This document shows positions 23,750-35,059 of a stretch of 64,000 bases of DNA, in pieces. The notes below the pieces were generated by a model. That model saw only the letters and a list, made by a program, of their open reading frames with translations, did not search any database and was not told the DNA's origin. The DNA is taken from assembly GCA_964016885.1 (NCBI GenBank), contig OZ024741.1:147932001-147996000 (forward strand), in the 5' to 3' direction. Position numbers and translations under genes: made by a program. The stretch is from Eledone cirrhosa. Its lineage: Eukaryota. Position 1 is the stretch's first letter. Each line of letters begins with the position of its first letter.

Positions 23750-26462
23750 AATATGAATCCGCGAGTTACCAAGCACCCATGCGAAGCTTTAATTCAGAAA
23801 CAGGAAGCATACACACACCCTCGCAAAAATTTACCCTTCCCCACGAATGTTGGCAAATGCCCAAAACTCCAAGTTGGAACCATCAATGTAAGCACAGTGA
23901 AAGGAAGAGCAGGAGAAATCGTAGATATGCTAGAGTGAAATGAAATTGATGTATGCTGTGTGCAAAAGACTAGATGGAGAGGAGAGTCTGCTAGAGTCAT
24001 TGTAGGCAAAAGTCAGTGCTACAAATGTTTCTGGGTGGGAAATGACAATGGGATGGGTGATGTAGGTATACTATTAGCTGACAAATGGTTAAATAAGGTA
24101 ATCTCAGTGAACAGGGTGAACGCAAGAATCATTAAACTTAGACTAGTCCTGAATAAAACAATTACCACAATAATATAAGCTTACGCACCCCAATCGGGGT
24201 TGCCAGACGAACTTAAGGATAGGTTTTACGAGTCCCTAATGCACACTACTGCCCTAACAAACGACAATGACTTCCTAATCATTGCAGAAGATTTTAACGC
24301 ACATGTAGGTAAACACCATGACGGCTTCTATAGAGTCAATGGAGGGCACAGATTTGGCATAAGAAATGAAGAAGGCTTCAGGCTTCAAGAATTCTGCGAC
24401 GCCAATCATATGTCGATATGTAACACAAAATTCAAAAAAACCCGACAACCATCTGATCACCTATAGATCAGGGAAGCATTCTAGTCAAATAGATTTTATC
24501 CTCATCAGAAGACGAGACAGATGGATGGTCGTGAACACAAAAGCCTTCCCTAGTGAGAAATGTACCTCCCAACATAACTTAGTTGTCAGCGACCTCGCTG
24601 TCAGAACTAGACGAACTTGGAAACAGAAGGCAACCTGGAGAAGAAAATCTGGAAGCTGAAAGACCCCTCAGCCAGTTACAGATTTAAAGATATTTTACTC
24701 GACGCCTACGACAGTAAAGAAGAACAGATAGAGACATTCAATGTAGAAGAACACTGGGAGTTCCTAAATAATAACTTACTAAAGGCGACGGGCGAGATTT
24801 GTGGCTGGAGCAAGACCACAGGCAGGAGGAGAGTGACTTGGTGGTGGAACAATAAGATAGATAAGGCAGTTAAGGCTAAGCGACAGGCATGGAAAGAATG
24901 TAAGAACGGAGGAAGCAGAGTACATTACATAGAGACCATGGGGGAAGCTAGGCGACAAGTATACTTAGCTAGAAGGGAAGCGGATGATAGAAATTTCGTC
25001 GATCTGGAGAAAGCCTTTGACAGAGTCCCTCGTGCTATAGTCTGGTGGGCTCTTAGAAAACTAGGAGTAGATGAATGGCTTGTGAAAGCTGTACAAGCCA
25101 TGTATAGGGGAGCAGTCAACAAAGTTAGGATTAGCAATGACTATAGCGAGGAATTTAGCATACAGGTCGGTGTCCACCAGGGCTCTGTTCTTAGCCCTCT
25201 CCTGTTCATCATAGTTTTGCAGGCACTAGCGGAGGAGTTTAAGACCGTATACCCATGGGAACTCCTGTATGCAGATGACCTCACGCTTATAGCTGAATCT
25301 ATGGTAGAACTAGAGAACAAATTCCAAACATGGAAGCAGGGACTAGAAAGAAATGGTCTCAAATTCAACCTGACAAAGACTAATGTCTTTGTAAGTAGAC
25401 GAGAAAGCAGAATCCAAATCCCCTCAGGGAAATGACCTTGTTCAGTATGTAGGAAAGGTGTAGGTAGGAACTCCATCCTCTGCCCCAAATGCAAACAGTT
25501 GGTACACAAGAGATGTAGTGGGATCTCGGGAAGCTTAACTAAGAATGTAGGCTTCACCTGTAGCAGCTACGCCGTGACAGCAAGCAGCAAACAGCCACAG
25601 GAAACAAGCACCACCAAACTCTGGGAGAGCTCTGTAGAAACAGTAGTACCTAGGTGACCGAATTAGCAGCGGAAGTGGGTGTTCGGAAAGTACAATAACT
25701 AGGGTAAGAACGGGATGGAAGAAGTTTAGGGAGGTACTGCCACTGCTAGCTGCAAAAAACTTTTCCCTCATAATGAAAGGCAGACTGTATGATGCGTGCA
25801 TATGAACAGCAATGTTACATGGTAGTGAGACCTGGGCGCTGTCTGTAGAAGACTTGCGTAGATTAGAGAGAAACGAAGCCTGCATGCTCCGATGGATGTG
25901 TAATAGTAATATACGCGAACGGCAAAGCATGAATGAATTGAGAGAGAGACTGAGCATAAGAGGAATCAAATGCTGTGTGCAGGAGAGGTGGTTGTGTTGG
26001 TATGGACATGAGGCGTATGAAGGGTGACAGCTGCATAAAAAGGTGCAGAGCACTAGAAGTCGATGGAAGCCGCGAAGTGGGGAGACCCAAGAAGACCTGG
26101 GATGAGGTGATAAAAGCCGATCTTATCTAATTCCACCTCTCAAAGGCGATGACACACGACCGTGCCCTCTGGCGTCACGCAGTAATGACGAAGACCCGAA
26201 CCCCACGGGTACAAACCGAAGCTGAAGCATATAGACAATATGCCCCACACCCTCCCACTGCAAAGTGGTTGTGGAGGTGCCACGGAAAAAAGCACCCAGC
26301 ACTCACTGTAAATGAGGTTGGTGTTAGGAAGGGCGTCCAGCCGTAGAAATCAAGCCAGAATCAGTTCCCATATGAGCAAGACGAGGTCAGCCAACCGGAC
26401 ACTGCTCACAATAGGACAACCCGTCTAACCCATGCTAGCGTGGAAGAATGGACGTAAAACGG

Positions 26463-26517
<55 letters not shown>
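23750..26517 (+). mobile_element. Internally deleted RTE-clade LINE (APE, RT, Cys-rich finger, (GAT)n tail); only 3' parts retained at ~40914-41735 and ~53866-54732
   Basis: VGTINV..EIDVCCVQKTRW, EDFNAHVG, SQIDFILI, FVDLEKAFDRVP, GVHQGSVLSPLLF, LLYADDL, MLHGSETW, GRPKKTW; 3' CCCATGCTAGCGTGGAA..GGACGTAAAACG(GAT)n. Confidence 0.92.
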
Positions 26518-26595
26518 ATAATTAGATAGTGAAATAGCTCTTACGCTGTTTGTAAACAAATTTAATTTTCAAACCAACGCTAAGCTATAAACCTT

Positions 26596-26718
<123 letters not shown>

Positions 26719-27449
26719 CGGAATTCTTCTATGTTTTACCTGGCGAACTTTCTCATTATTTAGTTGATGTTTGGAACATAACTTTAAAAATGTTCTTACA
26801 TGGAATTATTACCAAAGTCATGTAGAGTGGGAATTCAAGAGTGATGACACTCTGGGGAAGAAACGTTGTGACTATTGGTTCAATGTGGGGCTTGGGACAT
26901 TGGACACAACATGGTCAATGGAAGGAGGAGAGACTAATGCAAGGCCAACCAGCTCTAAAGAGCAGATGCCATTGTAGAAGTGATAAAAAGGATAGAGAGC
27001 AGACAGTAATCTGTGAGCTAGACTGAAGTATGTCCAGTGGCCTTTCAATGTGGTCTGGAATGTCTCTGTGTCTATATTAGCAGCAAAGTTATAAAACTGG
27101 AAGTGTAATTCCATTGTGGGTCTCATCTGAGCATTGTAGACAGTCAGTAATTATTGGAAACTGAAGTATCTTCTGGCTCTGAAGAGAATGACCGGTCTTT
27201 ATGTTGTTGTCTTTACTATGTTATGGATGTGTGGTCATCGGGAGAGATCCTCATTGATAATAAGGCCTAGTATTTGGGGTGAGGGCTCTAGGTGAATGCG
27301 TTAATTTTTAAGTGGGGTGAAGTTTAATGTTTTCTTGTTATGTGCAATAAGTGTCTCTGGTTAGAGGATTTTTTCCTTCCACCCTCCCACCAGTCTCGGA
27401 GGCTCTGATAAAATAAAGGGTCATGGATCCTGCCTTTCTCTCCTTGACT

Positions 27450-28470
27450 CTTGCATGGGTTGGATGGGTCCTTTTTAGCACTTGTTGCGTTCCTTCCACA
27501 TCTCCTTTGTGAGTTTCAACATTTGAGATCAGCACTCATCACCTCAACCCAGGTCATCCCTGGTCTTCTACTGTGGCTTACTTCTATTGGGATGCAAATG
27601 TAGAAAAGTTAATGTAAAAACAATGATGATGATGAGTCGATAGCTTATAATATGACTGCAAGTAATATTCTAGGTAGCAGAAGCTCTCAACTACTTTTAT
27701 GGATCCTTCATATGATAGGACAAGGTTTATATCACTGACACTCTACCCCTGTGCATCTATTACATGTAATGCACACATTTGCATTGTGTACATCTTATAG
27801 AGTTTCCGCTGACTCCTTTTCTGTGTATAGAACAGGCCCATTTATTGATGGGATCAGGATCGTGTCTTATTTCTTATTTACTAACACTTGAGTTTTTTCT
27901 AGGCTTACTCTCAGCCCTTTTGATTCTGTTTCCACATTTAGAACTTCTTCATCTGTTGTTCTCCACCCTGGAATAAAATGAAACTGCATTTCATCTAATT
28001 TTAACTCTTTCCCTAATTAGATACTCTAAACCTCTTTCTGTCACTTTTATAACTTGGTCCATTAGTTTTATGGATCCGAAGTTACTCCTTTTCAGGGCAT
28101 AATTTTATCCATTGTAACAATTAATGGGTATACTGCTGTGCCAATTATTGAGTATGACCTCATCCTGTATTATATCATTGACTATGCAGTTGACAAGTTT
28201 GTTTCCTACTTCCTTTCATTTTCAACATCTCTGTAACTGCATCTGGTGGTCCAGTGGCTTTCCCATTCTTATTCCCCTTGATTACTTTTTGACTCTATAA
28301 CTGTTGATTTCAATAGCTGGTCCCACTAAGGGGTTGGCTGGGGGTAGTCTCTCTTCCTCCCATTTATTCTCCACATTCATCAGCCTTTCAAAGTATCATT
28401 TCCAGGCACTTTTTTTTAGCACCAGTGGTGTTAAGTGCACCAGTGTCATTTCTAACACACTTTTCCCCAA
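27450..28470 (-). mobile_element. Older degraded RTE LINE fragments
   Basis: Minus-strand KGVSGNSIRCTQC-like finger, GKATGP, and an RTE 3' tail motif CCAACCCATGCAAG. Confidence 0.55.
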
Positions 28471-29539
28471 CAACATCCCTATTCACAATGCTTTGCAATG
28501 CAGAACGCTTTATGTCTCTGATCCTCACGTTACAAGACATTCGCAAACCTCCTTTCATCCTCTTTCCATGCTATGTATACTTGTCTAGCTTCTCTCTTAA
28601 TTACCTAGTACTGGTCTCTACTACCCTTATTTTTCCTGTCTTTCCATGCCTGTCTCTTGACTTTAATTACTCTATACACTGTGCTGCCACCAGCAGGTCA
28701 AGCTCTGTCTGGCTGGTGCTTTCCTCAATGTCAGAAAAAAAATTAATTCTTGAAACAAGCTTTTTTTCATAACACCAACTAGTGTTTCAGTAAAAACAAA
28801 TATTTAAAAAATAAGTTTGTTAATTCAAATATTTATATTATCTTTACTGGTGGACATTTTTTTGTGAAAATGTGCAGTATTAGTTAGTGTAAACAGTTGA
28901 ATTTTTAATGTGATGCACTCAGTGTTGTTTTGTTCTTTTCAAAACTCTTGCTAATACATTTCATGTTGTAAAAGATATTAAGGGATGATATATTCACCAG
29001 CATTTGTTTTCTTTTTCAAACCAGATTTTAATAAGGTAGACTATAGAGCTGATCATTCATATTTCCAGTTTCAAATCCTGTTAAATATTATGTATTTTTA
29101 TTTATTTTGTTACACTTGTGAAATCTCCTTTAAAGAATGACTTTGAGAATAATCAGGATTTTGAACAGATTTAGAAATGTAACTTTCTGGTTATTTATCT
29201 GCTATTTAGAACATAACTTAACAAAAGTTCTTGCATAAAATTACAATGGTTAGATTTTACATAAATATAAACACCTTTATAGCCAGGGTCAGTTTCAGGC
29301 AGTTTGATATCAAAAGGGTTAACCGTTTTGGTATCAAACTGCCGAAACCTTTCATTATAAATTTATGTAAGAAACTTTGTTCCAAACACCAGCTTAGTAA
29401 TGGCAGTGATGCTATTAAAACTCCAAATTCTTGATTATTTGAAGATCACAAGGAGTGTTGGTTACACTACTGCCATTAACGGCAAAACTCCATTCTTTAT
29501 TTTCGCCTTCTAAGGTATCAATTTCACTTCCCCGATCTA

Positions 29540-30560
29540 TCTTTGCACCTATCCCTCAAACTCGCTTCTGGCATCTCCTTTCAAGTTATGCTGATAGCAG
29601 CTCACTCTGTTTTCAGCGTTGGGTGTTCTCCTTTCTAGTACCAATCAACTATCCACTGTTGCCCATTGAACACAGCCCTGAAATCCTTGTCCTGTATGGT
29701 GTGAACAGCATGTTTTTCTTCGTGGATCTCCTTGTTCTCCTGTTGCACACTCACGGCGCATGACGCTTCCACGCTATCAAACGTTACCCGGACCTCACTC
29801 ACTGTATTGTCTCCCAAGCAGCCAATCGCATCTATGCCCATTACCACATCAATTCCATCCACCATATGGTCGATCATGATTACCTGAGCCTTATTTTCAT
29901 TCTTCGTAATGCCATTTCCAGCTCATTGGGGAACCCGTTCACGAACGCCCTCCGGACCACCTTTTCACTGTTTCCTCTTGTCAACTCGGCTAGCGTAGCC
30001 AACCGCCATATTTCTGCTGCAAATACGTCTACCTGCCGCCCCCCCCCCCCACACACACACACACACTTGGCAAAAGCAGCATAAGGTCCCTCAGTGAACG
30101 CTTCCTTAAGATGTTTTATTTTCTCCGCATTCAGTTGGTCTGACGCATCCATCTCGGGGTATAATGCTACTACATTGCCATCGAGATAGAGAGCCATTAG
30201 GCCAGCCACGTTTTCGATACTTTGCAGCGTTTTGTTGTTTGACAAAAATTGAAACAACAAAAATTCCACAAAAGGGGGACACCTCCGAGGTTGACTCGTG
30301 GTGAAAACCACACAATAGACTAAGGCCACCCTGACCACTAGCGCAAGCACCCTCTCTCTGTTCTCCCACTCCTCAGTCTACAGGCGCATATTCAGAACGG
30401 GCTCGTTCACTTGGACCAGATTCGCCACTTTCACCCGCCGTTCAACAAACTTAGTAGAAGACAGCTGTCCGTCTTCAATCCTTTCAACCTTGTCCACCAT
30501 ACAATCTCTTTCACCATGGCCACAAGGCAGAGGAAAACTGCCTGCACTTGACCTGGAGGC
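29540..30560 (-). mobile_element. Gypsy-like LTR retrotransposon gag/protease-region remnant
   Basis: ALYLDGNVVALYPEM..EKIKHLKEAFTEGPYAAFAK..VDVFAAEIWRLA..AFVNGFP (Gag-like) and IDVVMGIDAI..IQDKDFRAVFNGQQWIVDW (post-protease region). Confidence 0.65.
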
Positions 30561-31850
30561 CGATTCCGCCAGGGCAGGAACCACTGATTGAAGGTCATGG
30601 CAGACAGTCTCCACGGGCCTGCCCAGCGTAGCATCATCCAAGTACCAAAGGTTTAGAGGGGCTGTGTTACTCCGGGCAATGCGGTCTATACCAAGGGCAA
30701 ACAGAAGGGGGCCCAAAGGTCGCCCTGTTGGACCCCAGCGGCCGAAGGTATGACCGTGTCAGCAGCAAGGAGCATGCTCGGGGCTCAATATGACAAGTAG
30801 GCCAGCGGGTAGTGGAGGGGGCTCGGCTGAGTCAGGCATCGAGCAGATGGTCCAGGCTTATGCAGTTAAAGGCATTCCTCATGTCAAGCTTGACAATGAG
30901 GTGCCTGAAGTCCCTGGACCACGGTTCCGAGGGCAGCTATTGAAGAACTGGCTGGTTGCATGTGCGGCCCCCTCATAGCCACCGGACACGCCGACACCCA
31001 GTTGCACCGGACTGAACTCTTCACCCAGTTCAGGTGTTATGGACCTGCAGACCATCTTAGCAACCAGCCTCCGAAAGACATTGCCCACAGCGGGTGAAGT
31101 CAGCGGGTGGCTCAGGGTGCTTGAGTCGCAGGGCAGCCAGGACCTCCTTGGTGGGTTGGAGGACAGTGTCCTCTGAGGCAACCACTCTCACTGCGGCCCA
31201 GACATCACCCTGTGGTCACGCAAACGCTTGGCGCTTGCCCGAAGAACGAAAGATTGGCCTTGACAAAGGGTGCTGTCGACAGGCCGCCTCGGTCAGCGCC
31301 AGAGCTGGGGAGGCCGAGGGCGAGTGGGACGAAATAGAATAGGCGCTCTCAGTCGCTGGCTCGATTGGAGTCCGGAGCACTCTCGATCGAGAAAGCAAGG
31401 GCATCACTACTGGCACCCGGGCCGCTCTCGAGATCCTGAGCGGAATCTTCTGGAGCCGCCTGAGTCGAGCGATGTTGACCAGCGAGGCTTGGACATCAGG
31501 TAAGCTCTCCGTCTCATCTGGTGGAGTGCCAGATGGCCGTGGCTGGACAGACGAGGGGAAGAGACAGTTTCTGCAACTCCACGCTGCGTGGGCACTGGAA
31601 GCCTGACGCGTCAAGCCAACACAGGTGAGGTCGTGGAAGCAGCCGCACCCCGAACAGTTCCGGCCTCTCTCTCGTCTTTTCGTGGTGCTGCAAGTGCTGC
31701 AGATGTCGACTGTTGCGGCTGAAAGATGGGGCGTGGAGCAGGGGACTGGGGTCCCAAGCAAGATCAGGGGTGACTGGCTGGTTGTCACCAGCCTAGGTGC
31801 TAGGCACAACTGCACATGGGTGGAAGGGAAAGTGTTGGTATGAGTGAGGC
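30560..31850 (-). mobile_element. CRE-like non-LTR retrotransposon, 5' half (PHD-like finger plus RT); copies at ~43940-45510 and ~58240-59810
   Basis: CSTC..CSGCGCFHDLTC..WSCRNC; AVGNVFRRLVAK, PVQLGVGVSGG, KLDMRNAFN, PLLFALGI, WYLDDATLG. Confidence 0.8.
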
Positions 31851-32551
31851 CTTATAGCTCACCTACATCAGATATGGAGGCGATAGAAGACAAGATAAAA
31901 GAGAAGGGGGTACATGGAGGGGGACACACACGAAAGTAGAAAGTTAGCAAATAAATAAATGAAAGAATGGAGGGATGTACAAAAAGAAAACAGGGGGTTG
32001 TTCCCAGCGGAATGACCCAAAGGTTGTTATTGTCACTGATGCTGGAGTTGGCTTCCTCTTGTTAATGGTGGTGGTAGTGACTGCTGGTAAGATGTTGGTG
32101 TATACACATATATGTTGTTGTTATTGTCACTGCCGCTGTCATATCCTTCCTCTTGTTAATGGTGTTGATACCGATACCTATTTCGGTTGCCCGGCTGGTT
32201 GCTGGGGTTCGACTGCCTTCTTTCACCCTAGATGCGGGGTCGTTGTTATTGTCACTGTTGCTGTCGTTGCCTTCCTCTTGTTAATGGCAGTAATAATTGT
32301 TGGTGCTACCTATTTCGGCTGTCAAGCTGGCTGCTGAATCAGCTTCTGTTTAAATTTTCGCATACATACGATATTCTCAATGGACGCCCTTACAATATTT
32401 GAACATAACTGAACCGTCGTTGCCTTCCTCTTGGTAATAGTAGTGAAAATCCACCGGCAGACAATTATATAAAAGAGTATATAGAAATAAAAACTAACAT
32501 TTCTGTCTGGGATATAAATATTTGTTTACGTAGCGTTATTTACTGTCACTT

Positions 32552-32756
32552 ATTTACTGTTATTTATCCACTGGCGGTGGATTGGCAGTATCGGTAGAGG
32601 GTCGGACGCCATGCTTTCCAGCATAGTTACGTCCCTTTACGATCTGAGTTCAAATCCCGCCGAGGTTGACTTTGCCTTTCATCCTTACGGGGTCGATAAA
32701 ATAAAGTACCAGTAATGCACTGGGTGATTGCTGGCCTTGTGCCTAAAGTAGAAACA
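32552..32756 (+). mobile_element. Near full-length tRNA-SINE with 17-bp target-site duplication
   Basis: A-box-like TGGCAGTATCGG, B-box GAGTTCAAATCCC; GTTATTTACTGTCACTT at 32535-32551 and 32757-32773; single empty site in paralogs at 46203 and 60503. Confidence 0.9.
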
Positions 32757-33049
32757 GTTATTTACTGTCACTTTGAAAATATTGAAGTTAATGAACTCTG
32801 TAAGTATCGTTGCTGGGAAGAAGTTAAAGAAACATATCAATGTCATACAAATTCCTTAAATATTATCTAGATAGTGGGTTGTAGCGTTATTTACTGTCTA
32901 TTTGCTCCTCATTGGGCATGCTTTATCTACACACTCTATCCATTCTTCGCCCCTTCCACACTTCAATCCTCATATTCTACCCACATCATACTCCTCTCTA
33001 CTTCTCCTTCACTCCATTCTCCTACACACCTACCAACCACCCCACACAC

Positions 33050-33700
33050 TCTCCATTTTCAATTTTCCGCCTCCATCACCAACACCCCTGAATTAAATGC
33101 CCGCCTCTCCTCAGCCTTCCACCCTACGGGAAGTCAATCAGTGCCACTCGTGCTACACGCGCAACAGGCGCAAGAAAGGAAAGAACTGCTCCAACTGTAG
33201 CAGCTTTTTCCACCTCTTGCGTCAAACTCACCCGATGCGCGTTGGAATCCTTGCACCGGTGGCACTGCCCGCCATACCTATCCACCTGTCAGTTTCGACA
33301 GTGCCGGCTGGCAACAGGCGAAGCTCCCAGTGAGGTTCGGTAGCCTCGGTTTCTGACCCGCTTCAGATCCGACTCTACCGGCCTATCTCTCCTCAATCTC
33401 CTCCAGTAGCGTTCTCGTCAGCGAAGTCCTCGGCCAGAGAGGTCGAACATGACGTTGCTTGTCTGAGGCAGCAGCCCCGCGAGTTGGGGTGGCTGTTGCA
33501 GCGGGTGTCGCTGGCAATTGTCTGTGGGAAAGCTCTTGCGGTCTTGTCTGTGGGAAAGCTCTTGCGGTCTTGTCCGTGGGGCGCAGCTCCAACACCACCA
33601 CGCCCTGCGCCCAGAGCCCATCATCTTCCTCTTCCCTCTTCCATTTTCTTTTACCCTAGAGCCCTTGCTTTTCCCTTCCTTTTCCGTTTTTAAATATTGA
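33050..33700 (+). mobile_element. Internally deleted CRE-like element (PHD-like 5' part joined to RLE 3' tail); copies at ~46500-47060 and ~60800-61360
   Basis: QCHSC..KNCSNCSSFFHLSCV..WHCP joined to ..GWLLQRVSLAIVCGKALAV. Confidence 0.65.
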
Positions 33701-34033
33701 TAAAGTTATTTTCACTGAAAAAGAAAGTAAAAATAATTGTTTCTACTTTTGGCACAAGGCCAGCAATTACTCAGTACATTACTGGTACTTTATTTTATCG
33801 ACCCCGTAAGGATGAAAGGCAAAGTTAACCTCGACTGGATTTGAACTCAGACCAAAAAAAGTAAAAATAGTCATGTGTTAACTATATTGACGTAATCTGC
33901 GAGAGTAATGCGTAAGGTTTCAAACAGATTCTTTCATTAAAAAGTTGATACACAGCGTTCTCTATTTGTGATTCAACCAGATATTTTCGAAGCTGCAAGA
34001 ACTAATTCAAAAATTTGGAAGTAAGAAAAAAAA

Positions 34034-35059
34034 ATGGATGAAAACCATAATCGCCTCCAATGTGCTAATACGTTAGAGGAGTTAAATGCTGAACATGTGA
34101 ATGTTTTGTTTCCAGTAATAATGTATCTGGCAATTATTATGACGCTTGGATCAGTTGGAAATATCATAGTATCTTATATATACTATTTTAAATTTCAGAA
34201 AAATACCACAAATTTGTTCATTGTAGCGCTTTCGTTGTGCGATTTTTTTACTTGTACAATATGCATTCCAATGGAAATTGTGTATCTACATTATTCATAT
34301 ACATTTTTCAGTGATATTGTTTGCCGCCTCATGCGTTTTCTTGCTGGTCTAATGGTAATCTCTTCAGCATTTATTGTATTCGTTATAGCACTTAATAGAT
34401 ACTCACTTGTGTGTCGACCTCTTAAAAAACAAATTTCTCAAAAGCAGTCAAAGATAATCATACTATGTTTACCAATCCTCGCCGGTTTATTGAACCTGCC
34501 AACAATTTATATATACAGCTCACAAAAACTGAAGATACCAGGCTGTGGATATATTGGAAGAAGGTGTAGCATGAATGAACATTTGCGCGGTACAACCTAT
34601 GTTATATGCTATTATGGTTTAATGTTGGTTATTTTAATTTCTCTGTTTATTTGTCTCATGGTACTTTATATCGTAATTTCAATACGTATTCAGAAGATTT
34701 CCATCAAGATGAACACTAGAACCGTAGAAGTAGAAACTGAAAGTATTTTTGTTTCTGGAAATAGTACAGGTATTAAACGACCGAGGAGGCGTTCATTGAA
34801 CCCATCTAAAACCAATAAACTTTTGTTCACCATCACTTTCATCTGGATTATGAGTTATTTACCTCACCTATTTACCGCAATATTCTGGAAGAAGAACAAA
34901 CAAACTTCCATTGAATCCCAATCAGCTGAAGATATTGTAATTTATATGTTATTAATGTATTCTATTTACTTTAATTCTGCTGTAAACCCATTTTTTTATG
35001 GAATTTTTAATACGAGGTTTCGTGATGAAATAATGAAAATAATTCGTATTAATACATGA
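34034..35059 (+). CDS. Class A GPCR, copy 2, 341 aa
   Basis: Intact 7TM ORF with GN, LSLCD, NRY, SYLP, NPFFY; an in-frame TAA just upstream fixes the ATG start. Confidence 0.93.
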   Translation: MDENHNRLQCANTLEELNAEHVNVLFPVIMYLAIIMTLGSVGNIIVSYIYYFKFQKNTTNLFIVALSLCDFFTCTICIPMEIVYLHYSYTFFSDIVCRLMRFLAGLMVISSAFIVFVIALNRYSLVCRPLKKQISQKQSKIIILCLPILAGLLNLPTIYIYSSQKLKIPGCGYIGRRCSMNEHLRGTTYVICYYGLMLVILISLFICLMVLYIVISIRIQKISIKMNTRTVEVETESIFVSGNSTGIKRPRRRSLNPSKTNKLLFTITFIWIMSYLPHLFTAIFWKKNKQTSIESQSAEDIVIYMLLMYSIYFNSAVNPFFYGIFNTRFRDEIMKIIRINT

